Below, piece by piece: positions 1-11,300 of a DNA stretch of 64,000 nucleotides; within the stretch, counting starts at the first letter, position 1; every line of letters begins with the position of its first letter. A model generated the notes under the pieces. That model saw only the letters and a list, made by a program, of their open reading frames with translations, made no database searches and was not told the origin of the DNA. Position numbers and translations under genes: made by a program. Source of the stretch: Eledone cirrhosa (lineage: Eukaryota); assembly GCA_964016885.1 (NCBI GenBank), contig OZ024742.1, positions 202,802,001 to 202,866,000 of the forward strand, in the 5' to 3' direction.

Positions 1-133
1 CATATATATATACATACATATATATATACATATATATATACATACATATATATATACATACATATATATATACATATATATATATATACATATATACATA
101 TATATATATATACATATATACATATATACATAT

Positions 134-180
<47 letters not shown>

Positions 181-213
181 CATATATACATATATATATA
201 TATACATATATAC

Positions 214-244
<31 letters not shown>

Positions 245-437
245 CATATATACATATATACATATATACATATATACATATATACATATATACATATATA
301 CATATATATATATATACATATATATATACATATATACATATATATAAATATACATATATATATACATATATACATATATACATATATATATACATATATA
401 CATATATATAAATATACATATATATATACATATATAC

Positions 438-484
<47 letters not shown>

Positions 485-499
485 TATATACATATATAC

Positions 500-542
<43 letters not shown>

Positions 543-575
543 TATATACATATATATATACATATATATATATAC

Positions 576-622
<47 letters not shown>

Positions 623-845
623 CATATATATATATACATATATATATATACATATATATATATACATATATATATACATATATATATATACACATATATA
701 TATACATATATATATATACATATATATATATATACATATATATATATACATATATATATATACATATATATATATACATATATATATATACATATATATA
801 TATTCATATATATATATACATATATATATATACATATATATATAT

Positions 846-876
<31 letters not shown>
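1..876. repeat. (TA)n/(CATA)n microsatellite array
   Basis: Pure TA/CA alternation. Similar arrays at ~3097-3564, 4828-5302, 6845-7350, 7773-7945, 13145-13258, 42957-43090 and 49461-50955. Confidence 0.98.
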
Positions 877-1128
877 AATGAAAGGTATAGAAAACACTGC
901 AGCGAAAATCGAACAGCATTCCATAGTATATAAGTGACTATAGCGTCAAAATGGGAAAAATAGTTAACGTAAGATGTGGGAAAAATAATTTAAACTCATC
1001 TTAAAGAGAATCAGGATATAAATTCATCCACAGAATTTAGTGAAATCCAGGGAAAAATCAATAGAGCCGTAACTCATTATAAAATAAAGTTCAAGATACC
1101 TATCCTTCAATTTGGAAAAACTTCAAAT

Positions 1129-1206
1129 GCTCTGTATAGTTGTAAGACTATTTCATGAAAACTTTCAGTGGAGATGGTCACGGTTGGAGTTCATCATCAG
1201 CAGAGC
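1129..1206 (-). ncRNA. Type I hammerhead ribozyme motif with a full stem III
   Basis: Minus strand: GCUCUG-CUGAUGA-UGAA...UUCA-U-GAAA-UAGU[CUUACA]ACUA-UA-CAGAGC. Stem I is 6 bp and stem III is 5 bp; stem II is imperfect. Confidence 0.65.
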
Positions 1207-1689
1207 TCAACTCGATAGCCAGGATTCTCGCAGATTAAGTATATATATATATATATATGTGTATATATATATATATGTATATATATAGAAGGTGAGTAAT
1301 ATTGTAGAACAATAAAACTATGCATATACAGATATGTAGCACTCAACAGTTGGTAGAACTGGAGTATATATGATGATTTTGTATTCGAAATACGTATAAT
1401 AAAATATATGGAACTATTATAACCATCTATATTTCATCTTTATTATATGTATATATATATATATATAATTAAGTCAAAGATGTACATCCATATATGTATA
1501 CTGAAATACTAGTATGTATATGAATACACACACGTATACATATGTAGATGTACCAAGTTTTTTTCACTGATCACTTTACTGTGAGTGGCCAGCTATTCTG
1601 TATGTAAACACACAGACAAACCGGTTTTTAGAGTCATACTGGTTTTTGAGGAAACACCTTTCCTCTATTCTCCAGAAAGCCAGGCAAGG

Positions 1690-1734
1690 AATATTGAACT
1701 AGTTTCGTTGTTGTTACAACTCATCAGCAATATT
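1690..1734 (-). ncRNA. Minimal type I hammerhead ribozyme (inverted copy)
   Basis: Reverse complement of 1821-1865. Confidence 0.8.
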
Positions 1735-1820
1735 TACCTATCTTCCGGCCTCTCTAGAGAATCGTAAAAGCACATATCGCTATATGCTTTTTCTATGAAA
1801 GAGAGGCCGGAAGATAGGTA

Positions 1821-1865
1821 AATATTGCTGATGAGTTGTAACAACAACGAAACTAGTTCAATATT
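1821..1865 (+). ncRNA. Minimal type I hammerhead ribozyme
   Basis: AAUAUUG-CUGAUGA-GUUG[UAACAA]CAAC-GAAA-CUAG-UU-CAAUAUU: 7-bp stem I, intact core, 4-bp stem II, palindromic stem III (ACUAGU), GUU cleavage triplet. Confidence 0.85.
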
Positions 1866-2288
1866 CCTTGCCTGGCTTTCTGGAGAATAGAGGAAAGGTG
1901 TTTCCTCAAAAACCAGTATGACTCTAAAAACCGGTTTGTCTGTGTGTTTACATACAGAATAGCTGGCCACTCACAGTAAAGTGATCAGTGAAAAAAACTT
2001 GGTACATCTACATATGTATACGTGTGTGTATTCATATACATACTAGTATTTCAGTATACATATATGGATGTACATCTTTGACTTAATTGTTTGAGCGTCA
2101 GTCATACAAAAGTGAGTTACAAACGAAACGAAATTTAATTTCGTTTCGTTATTTGTTTTTATCGTCTCCGTTGAACCGGTACTTACTCACACTCTATGCA
2201 AGTTGGTCTGCCCACTACTAATTTTCATAGAAAAAGCATATAGCGATATGTGCTTTTACGATTCTCTAGAGAGGCCGGAAGATAGGTA

Positions 2289-2333
2289 AATATTGCTGAT
2301 GAGTTGTAACAACAACGAAACTAGTTCAATATT
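2289..2333 (+). ncRNA. Minimal type I hammerhead ribozyme (unit 2)
   Basis: Identical to 1821-1865. Confidence 0.85.
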
Positions 2334-2756
2334 CCTTGCCTGGCTTTCTGGAGAATAGAGGAAAGGTGTTTCCTCAAAAACCAGTATGACTCTAAAAACC
2401 GGTTTGTCTGTGTGTTTACATACAGAATAGCTGGCCACTCACAGTAAAGTGATCAGTGAAAAAAACTTGGTACATCTACATATGTATACGTGTGTGTATT
2501 CATATACATACTAGTATTTCAGTATACATATATGGATGTACATCTTTGACTTAATTGTTTGAGCGTCAGTCATACAAAAGTGAGTTACAAACGAAACGAA
2601 ATTTAATTTCGTTTCGTTATTTGTTTTTATCGTCTCCGTTGAACCGGTACTTACTCACACTCTATGCAAGTTGGTCTGCCCACTACTAATTTTCATAGAA
2701 AAAGCATATAGCGATATGTGCTTTTACGATTCTCTAGAGAGGCCGGAAGATAGGTA

Positions 2757-2801
2757 AATATTGCTGATGAGTTGTAACAACAACGAAACTAGTTCAATAT
2801 T
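2757..2801 (+). ncRNA. Minimal type I hammerhead ribozyme (unit 3)
   Basis: Identical to 1821-1865. Confidence 0.85.
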
Positions 2802-3114
2802 CCTTGCCTGGCTTTCTGGAGAATAGAGGAAAGGTGTTTCCTCAAAAACCAGTATGACTCTAAAAACCGGTTTGTCTGTGTGTTTACATACAGAATAGCT
2901 GGCCACTCACAGTAAAGTGATCAGTGAAAAAAACTTGGTACATCTACATATGTATACGTGTGTGTATTCATATACATACTAGTATTTCAGTATACATATA
3001 TGGATGTACATCTTTGACTTAATTGTTTGAGCGTCAGTCATACAAAAGTGAGTTACAAACGAAACGAAATTTAATTTCGTTTCGTTATTTGTTTTTATAT
3101 ATATATATATATGT

Positions 3115-3148
<34 letters not shown>

Positions 3149-3331
3149 GTATATATATGTATATATATATATATGTATATATATATATGTATATATGTAT
3201 ATATATATGTATATATATATATATGTGTATATATATATATGTATATATATATATATGTATATATGTATATATATATGTATATATATATATGTATATATAT
3301 ATATGTATATATATATATGTATATATATATG

Positions 3332-3362
<31 letters not shown>

Positions 3363-3375
3363 GTATATATATATG

Positions 3376-3422
<47 letters not shown>

Positions 3423-3457
3423 GTATGTATATATATATATATGTATATATATACATG

Positions 3458-3536
<79 letters not shown>

Positions 3537-3564
3537 ATGTATATGTATATATATATGTATATAT

Positions 3565-3777
3565 TAGAAAGTGAGGTTTTTTTTACAAAATGAAAAATAA
3601 CCGAGGTGTCCTACACGAGTGAAAGTATAAAGAAAAAGAGATGAAATCGAAAATGCAACTGGAGTCTTATTTTTTTTTAAAATATATATATTTATTTGGT
3701 TCCTTTACCGGTTTCGCAGTATTTCTGCTTTTCAAAAGGTGAGTTGAGTTGGAGGGTCTGTGGTTTTTCTCACAGAT
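3565..3777 (-). mobile_element. HHR-bearing interspersed repeat (Penelope pseudo-LTR-like); diverged copy at ~36596-36800
   Basis: TTAGAAAGTG...AAATCGAAAATGCAACTGGAGTC...GGTTTTTCTC is shared with 36596-36800, and both copies abut (TA)n. Confidence 0.6.
3702..3739 (-). ncRNA. Minimal type I hammerhead, U3:A8 core variant
   Basis: CCUU-UUGAAAA-GCAG[AAAUA]CUGC-GAAA-CCGG-UA-AAGG, with palindromic stem III ACCGGU. Confidence 0.75.
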
Positions 3778-4828
3778 GTGTCACTTTTGAGCTGACTTTT
3801 GGGATGCTCCCATACAGCTCTGAGTTTTTCATCCTCAGTGTATACTGATTAATGTTCAGAGCCATCCTCAACATTCTCGTGTAGCACCCATCCACCATCT
3901 GAGTGAGTTTCTTGGTCAGTGTCCAAGTCTCAGACTCATACAGCAATGAAGAGGCGGACTTTCAGGTCTCTACGAAGGTCCGACTTCCACACCGATCTCA
4001 AGCTGTGGCACGCCGCCCAGAGAAGGGAGATCTCTCTAACACCAACAACTACAGGGGGATCTCACTGACGTCACTTGTGGCAAAGACCCTCAACAGGATG
4101 ATTCTTAACAGGATCCAGCCTGAGATGGAGAAGAAGCTCAGGGACAACCAGAACGGCTTCAGAGAAAGTAGATCAACCACCAGTCACATCCTGATGCTGA
4201 GGAGGATATTAGAGGGAGCTAGAGCAAAGTGCCTTCCTGCGGTCATGGTTTTCATTGACTTTAGGAAGGCCTTTGATTCTGTGGACAGTTACTGCCTGAT
4301 GAAGATCTTACAGGCTTATGGAATCCCCAAGAGGATAGTGGACCTTATATCACTGCTCTACACCAACACCAAAGCCCAAGTCATTACACCTGATGGGATG
4401 ACAGAGTTCTTTGAGATACTGGCTGGAGTGCTCCAGGGAGATACATTGGCTCCCTACCTTTTTATCATCGTAGTGGACTATTGTATGCGCCTTGCACTGG
4501 AGAAACACCAGGACTCTGGCTTTACTGTAGCACCGGCTCAGAGCAGGAGAGTTAGGGCGAAAAAGGTATCGGATGCTGAATTTGCCGACGACATAGTTTT
4601 GGTGACAAATACAGTGAAGGAGGCAGAGGATTTGATGCGGGAGGTTGAGACTGTGTCGATGAGTGTGGGGCTAAGAATGAATGAGACTAAAACAAAATAT
4701 CTGGTAGAGCATGTTGAGAAGCCAGAGGGGATCACTAATGTAGGCGGGAAGCCGCTAGAATTGGTTGAGGGCTTCCTGTATTTGGGAGCAAAGATTGGGA
4801 ATACGGAAGATGATGTGGTTGAGAGGAT
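3778..4828. mobile_element. RTE-clade LINE (family C) RT fragment with internal inversion
   Basis: ~4016-4828 (+) encodes the RT core ([42 protein letters not shown]). 3778-4019 (-) encodes the immediately following segment ([15 protein letters not shown]...) and matches 55008-55251. Confidence 0.85.
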
Positions 4829-4992
4829 ACATATATATATATATATATACATATATATACATATATATATATATACATATATATATACATATATACATAT
4901 ATATATATACATATATATACATATATATATATATACATATATATATATACATATACATATATATATATATACATATATATACATATATATAC

Positions 4993-5023
<31 letters not shown>

Positions 5024-5035
5024 CATATATATACA

Positions 5036-5067
<32 letters not shown>

Positions 5068-5270
5068 CATATTCATATATATATATACATATATATACAT
5101 ATATATATATATATATACATATATATATACACATATATATACATATACATATATATACATATATATATATACATATATATACATACACATATATATACAT
5201 ATATATATACATATATATACATATACATATATACACATATATATATATATATACATATATATACATATAC

Positions 5271-5301
<31 letters not shown>

Positions 5302-5971
5302 CATTTAATACAATAACAGAGAAAGCTTTAAGTTAAATTCCGACTGGTAACCATCTCACTCAACAAACATTAGGATATACGTTAGTATAATCCCAATTTA
5401 GTGTTTGGGGTTCTAACTATATGTATTTTGTGGAAAGCCAGTTGTATTATTTTATATGAGATATAATTAAAATTAAAATATATCTCTCTTTCCAAACAAT
5501 TGTTTCATTATAAGTTTTCTACAAGTTGGGAGAATGTTTCCAATTTATGTAGAAGCCTAACATATTTTCCTGTAAGAATATATGTAGGTGGGCACTTATA
5601 AATCATCAGTGGATGCCCATTAAACTTTGATATAAGAAAACATTTCTTACCGCAGTTATTTTTCATGTCCGCTAAGTCATCCCTTCACGCATCGAATGAC
5701 CGCCAAATTTGAAATTCCAGCAGTCTTTAGACTGAGGAAATATCATAGCATCACGAAGCGGAAAAGGGAGACAATCGCGAGTCACAAGAAAAGTAAAATA
5801 ATATACACGTGGGTTAATTAGTTTTTTCAAAAACATTATCAATCCTGCGTGTTAAGAACTCAATTAATATAAAAAAATAAATGTATGCATGTATTAATTA
5901 CACACGCATATAGATATTTTCTTAGGCTAACAACAGAGAAGTGATACCTAAATAACAAACTATATCTCATA

Positions 5972-6020
<49 letters not shown>

Positions 6021-6199
6021 CATAACATATATATACGTATATATATACATATATATATGTGTAGTAGTGGCGCCCACACACATTGTGTGTAGTAGTGGCG
6101 CCCACACACATTATTAGCTATTTGAAAAGGTGGTGGATTTCGCAACTGACTGCACCAGGGTTCCTGTTCCTCAGGGAGCCACACTATATGGTATACCTG

Positions 6200-6373
6200 T
6201 TGATATAGGTTAAGCCCCTGCTTTCCTGGGTCCTGTTTCTGATCATAATCATCTCTAGGGATACGGTAATCAGTAGACAGGGCCTGGAGACAGCGATGGG
6301 GGACAGGGAATTCTGGGGCATGAGAGTGAGATCCATCATCTCGACAGTAGTCGAAGAATGATGATGATGATGA
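6200..6373 (+). mobile_element. 3' end of another RTE LINE family with (GAT)n tail
   Basis: Translates ...ISRDTVISRQGLETAMGDREFW...VVEE* followed by (TGA)n. A related 3' end lies at ~63365-63525. Confidence 0.55.
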
Positions 6374-6421
6374 CATATATATATATATATACGTATATAT
6401 ACATATATATATATACATATG

Positions 6422-6845
6422 ACCATGTAGGCAACACGGTAAAAACGTCCCAGTCCCACACTGTAAATGTGGTTGGTGTTAGGAAGGGCATCCAGCTGTA
6501 GAAAACCTGCCAGACAGTCCACGCTGTAATGTGGCCGTGTAGGCAACACGGTAAAATCGTCCCAGTCCCACACTGTAAATGTGGTTGGTGTTAGGAAGGG
6601 CATCCAGCTGTAGAAAACCTGCCAGACAGTCCACGCTGTAATGTGGCCGTGTAGGCAACACGGTAAAATCGTCCCAGTCCCACACTGTAAATGTGGTTGG
6701 TGTTAGGAAGGGCATCCAACTGTAGAAAACCCTCCAGACAGTCCTATGCGAGCAAGACAACCACTCTTGCCTCAAGTGGGAAAACTCCCGTCCAAACCCA
6801 TGCAAGCATGGAACACGGACGTTAAACGATGATGATGATGATGAT
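6422..6845 (+). mobile_element. RTE family A 3' UTR / RTE-dependent SINE tail with a triplicated 112-bp module
   Basis: GGCAACACGGTAAAA at 6430, 6542 and 6654. Ends CCCATGCAAGCATGGAACACGGACGTTAAAC(GAT)n, matching the 3' end of the LINE at 7946. Confidence 0.8.
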
Positions 6846-7087
6846 ATATATATACATATATATATATACATATATATATATACATATATATATATACATA
6901 TATACATATATATATACATATATATATATACATATATATATACATATATATATACACACATATATATACATATATATATACATATATATATATGCATATA
7001 TATATATACATATATATATATGCATATATATATATACATATATATATATACATATATATATATACATATATACATATATATATATAC

Positions 7088-7124
<37 letters not shown>

Positions 7125-7144
7125 CATATATACATACATATATA

Positions 7145-7190
<46 letters not shown>

Positions 7191-7281
7191 CATATATATA
7201 TATATACATATATATATACATACATATATATATATACATATATATATACATACATATATATATATACATATATATATATAT

Positions 7282-7350
<69 letters not shown>

Positions 7351-7385
7351 ATATAAGATCAAAAGATGGTTAAAGGAGTTCCATA

Positions 7386-7456
7386 TATTTTATTATGCGC
7401 ATTTCAAAAACAAACATCATCAAGCAATAATATTTGTGTTTTCATCAGATAAAACA
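7386..7456 (-). ncRNA. Type I hammerhead ribozyme (left arm of palindrome)
   Basis: Reverse complement of 7580-7650. Confidence 0.75.
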
Positions 7457-7579
7457 GGAGAACATGATATGAAGGCTAAAAAACACTTGTTGATAGTGCA
7501 GCTTTAAATCAACATATGATATGTTGATTTAAAACTGCACTATCAACAAGTGTTTTTTAGCCTTCATATCATGTTCTCC

Positions 7580-7650
7580 TGTTTTATCTGATGAAAACAC
7601 AAATATTATTGCTTGATGATGTTTGTTTTTGAAATGCGCATAATAAAATA
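7580..7650 (+). ncRNA. Type I hammerhead ribozyme (right arm of palindrome)
   Basis: UGUUUUAU-CUGAUGA-AAACACAAAUAUUAUU[GCUU]GAUGAUGUUUGUUUUU-GAAA-UGCGCA-UA-AUAAAAUA: 8-bp stem I, ~16-bp stem II with G:U pairs and one mismatch, palindromic stem III AUGCGCAU. Confidence 0.78.
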
Positions 7651-8343
7651 TATGGAACTCCTTTAACCATCTTTTGATCTTATATTATGCATACTCCAGT
7701 CCCACAAACTGTAGAGTGCTTCTTATCCGATATCTGCATTGCTTTATTGTACTACAATAAAACTCACCTCCTACATATATATACATATATATATATATAC
7801 ACATATATATATATATATACACATATATATATATACACATATATATACATATATATATATATACACATATATATACATATATATATACATATATATATAC
7901 ATATATATATACATATATATATACATATATATATATATATACATATCATCATCATCATCATCATCAACGTTTAACGTCCGTGTTCCACGCTTGCATGGGT
8001 TTGGACGGGGGTAGTCCCACTTGAGGCAAGAGTGATTGTCTTGCTCGCATAGGACTGTCTGGCAGGTTTTCTACAGTTGGATGCCCTTCCTAACACCAAC
8101 CACATTTACAGTGTGGGTCTGGGAGGTTTTTACCGTGTTGCCTACACGGCCACATTACAGCGTGGACTGTGTGTTTTTTTGTCGTGACACCTACACGATC
8201 TCATTTGTTTCGGCCTCGATGGCGCGGCACCAACATAACTTTACATAGAACGGGGTGGTGTGGATCGGGTGGGGGTGGTGGTGGTGGGACGGGGTGTATT
8301 TTGTTAGAGATGCCTACTGGCTGGAGTAGGTTTTACTATATAT

Positions 8344-11300
8344 TTAGGTAAGGCGGGTCTTCTCTGTTACTGAGTACCGCCAAAGGTCTCGGTCCAGTGA
8401 CATTGTCTTGGAGAGGTGTAAGTGTGTGATGTCGGAGTTTATCAGCTCGTCCCAGGTTTTTCTAGGTCTGCCTATTCCGTGACTACCGTCTATCTTTATT
8501 GCCCTGCACTTTGTTATACAGCTATCGACTTTCATGCGCATCACGTGTCCATACCAACGTAGCCTTCTCTCGAGTAAACAACATCTGATCCCTCTTATCT
8601 CTAATTTTTTCCTTAGTTCGTTTATGCTTTGCCGTTCACGTATATTACTGTTACACATCCAGCGGAGCATGCAAGCTTCGTTCCTCTCTAGTCTGCGTAT
8701 ATCCTCTGCACACAATGCCCAGGTCTCACTGCCATGCAGCATTGCTGTTCGTATGCAGGCATCGTACAACCTGCCTTTCATTTTTAGTGAGAACCCTTTA
8801 GCAGCTAATAGTGGTATAAGCTCTCTGAACTTTTTCCAACCAGTTCTGACTCTAGCTACAGTACTTTCAGAGCACCCTCCCCCACTGCTGATTTTATCGC
8901 CCAGGTAACGGAAGCTGTCCACTATTTCTATAGAACCCTCTGCGCAATTGAAAGAGCTAGTAGTTTGTGGGCACTTGCTGCTACTTATTGCACCAGAGCA
9001 CCGGCCACATGTAAAATCTATGTTCTTAGTTAGCTTACCTGTGATCCCACTACATCTTTTATGCACCCATACTTTGCATTTAGGACATAAAATGGAGTTT
9101 CTACCTACGCCTTTCCTACACACCGAGCACGACCATTTCCCAGAAGGGACCGCCGCCTTGTTTTCTTTCCTACAAACTAGTACTTTGGTCTTAGCCAGGT
9201 TAATTTTAAGTCCTTTTGACTCTAGGCCGTGCTTCCATGTTTGGAATTTCTTCTCTAGCTCGGCCATTGATTCCGCTATGAGTGTCAGGTCGTCTGCGTA
9301 TAGGAGTTCCCATGGGCAGCCTGTCTTGAACTCCTCTGTTATAGCCTGAAGGGCAATAATAAATAGTAGTGGACTGAGAACAGAGCCCTGATGGACGCCA
9401 ACTTTTACGCTAAACTCTTCACTATATTCGTTGTTAATTCTAACCTTGCTGACTGTTTCTTTATACATGGCTTGTATAGCCCTCACAAGCCATTCGTCAA
9501 CGCCTAGTTTTCTAAGAGCCCACCAGATAATGGAGCGGGGGACTCTGTCGAAGGCTTTCTCCAAGTCGACAAAAGCTAAGTAGAGGGGTTTACCTTTAGC
9601 TAGGTACTTCTCCTGTAGTTGTCGTACTATGAAAAGAGCGTCTGTGGTACTTTTGCCTGACACAAACCCGAACTGCATTTCATCTAGGTCAATTCTCTCT
9701 CTGATTAGTTGCGCTATTACTCTTTCCGTGACCTTCATGACCTGGTCGATTAATTTAATGCCTCTATAGTTATTCCTATCTAGGGCGTCTCCTTTACCCT
9801 TATAACAGTTAACGATGATGCTGCTATGCCAGTCCTTCGGAACAACCCCATTCTGTACGACTTGGTTAACTATGCGGGTGACCATGGTGTGTCCCACCGT
9901 TCCAGATGCCTTCAGCATCTCAGCAACTATTTCCGAAGGCCCAGCCGCCTTACCAGTCTTCATATCCTTGATTGCCTTACTTATTATACTCCCCTCGACT
10001 AACACTGCTGGTCCCTCTATTGGGTCGATATGGGGGAGACTGCCTTTCTCCCAATTATTCTCCTCATTTAGAAGCCTTTCATAGTGACACTTCCAAGCTA
10101 CCTTCTTATCAGCGTCGGTGATGGCAAGTGTGCCATCGTCGTTTAGTACACACTTCTCCCCGACAATATCACGGTTTTCCTTGACGCATTGCCTAGCAAT
10201 CCTGAACACCTCACGTTTTTGGTCATCGCGTTGTAGAACATGCTTGAACTTTCTTTCCTCAGCTTCCCTTCTTGCTAAGTACACTTGTCTCCTAGCTTCC
10301 CTCCTGGCCACTTGATAGTCCTCTCTACTTCCCCCATCCCGCCATACTTTCCAAGCCTGCTTTTTGGCCTTAATTGACCCCTCCACCTTACTGTTCCACC
10401 ACCATGTTACTCTCCTCCTGCCTACAGGCCTGCTCCAGCCACAGACCTCGTCTGTCGCCAACAGCAGGTTTGCTTTCAGAAATTCCCACTCTCCCTCTAT
10501 ATTGTCCGACTCTAAATGTTCTTCCTTACTGTCGAAAGCATCAAGTAATATGCTTTGAAATTTATTCCTGGCTGTGGGGTCCTTTAGCTTCCATATTTTC
10601 CTCCTGAGGATAGTCCTCTTCTGTTGTCGAGTACGTCTCGTCCTGACTATGAGGTCGCTAATTATCAGTCTATGTTGGGAGGTGCATTCTTCATGGGGGA
10701 GGGATTTAGTGTTAACAACAGACACTCTGTCACGTCTTCTGGTAAGGATATAATCTACCTGGCTTGTGTGTTCCCCGGATCTATAGGTGATCAGGTGATT
10801 GTCACGTTTTTTGAAGTTAGTGTTACAGATAGTTAGGTTATTTGCATCACAGAATTCCAGGATTCTGGAGCCTTCCTCATTTCTAGTACCAAACCCATAG
10901 CCTCCATGGATTTCGTCGTAGCCGTCACAATGTTGTCCAACGTGACCATTTAGGTCGCCTGCGATAATTATATAGTCACTGTCGGATATTTGGGAGGTAG
11001 TTAGCATCAGTGTCTCATAGAATCTGTCTTTTATAGTGCCGGGCAGTCCGGATTGGGGTGCGTACGCAGATATTACTGTCACCGTAGTTCTATTGAGGAC
11101 AAGTCGTATTTTAATTATTCTGTCGTTCACTCTATTTACGTCTATTATCTTATCTGCCCACTTTTCTGCTACCATGATTCCTACTCCACCCAGCCCATCG
11201 TCGTTTCCCACCCAGAAAAGCTTGTAACATCGTTTTTTACCCTCAATGAACCTAGCAGACCCACCCCTCCACCTGGTCTCTTGAATACAACAAACATCGA

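Larger units (their letters stand above)
1466..3097 (+). repeat. 468-bp HHR-containing tandem repeat (~2.8 units, 1801-3097) with inverted partial copy (1466-1800); retrozyme / Penelope pseudo-LTR-like
   Basis: Identical sequence recurs at 1821, 2289 and 2757 (period 468). 1466-1800 is the reverse complement of part of the unit. Flanked by (TA)n. Confidence 0.9.
7348..7688. repeat. ~170-bp-arm near-perfect palindrome
   Basis: 7348-7517 is the reverse complement of 7519-7688 (centre AAATCAACATATGATATGTTGATTT), with about one mismatch seen. Confidence 0.95.

Noticed and set aside
1365-1405. ATGATGA...CGAAATACGTATA hammerhead-like string
   Set aside because: Position 3 is A, stem II cannot pair and stem I is trivial; at best a relic.
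1585-2906. Four copies of a 60-78 aa ORF MASYSVCKH...
   Set aside because: GTG-start ORFs antisense to the HHR strand, repeated only because the 468-bp unit is repeated; no recognisable domain.
6422-6760. Regularly spaced repeats resembling a CRISPR array
   Set aside because: The spacers are identical (tandem duplication), the context is eukaryotic and there are no cas genes.
3023-7974. Many long Ile/Tyr-rich ORFs (also at 13-14 kb, 37-39 kb and 49-51 kb)
   Set aside because: Translations of (TA)n/(CATA)n microsatellites that lack stop codons; not genes.
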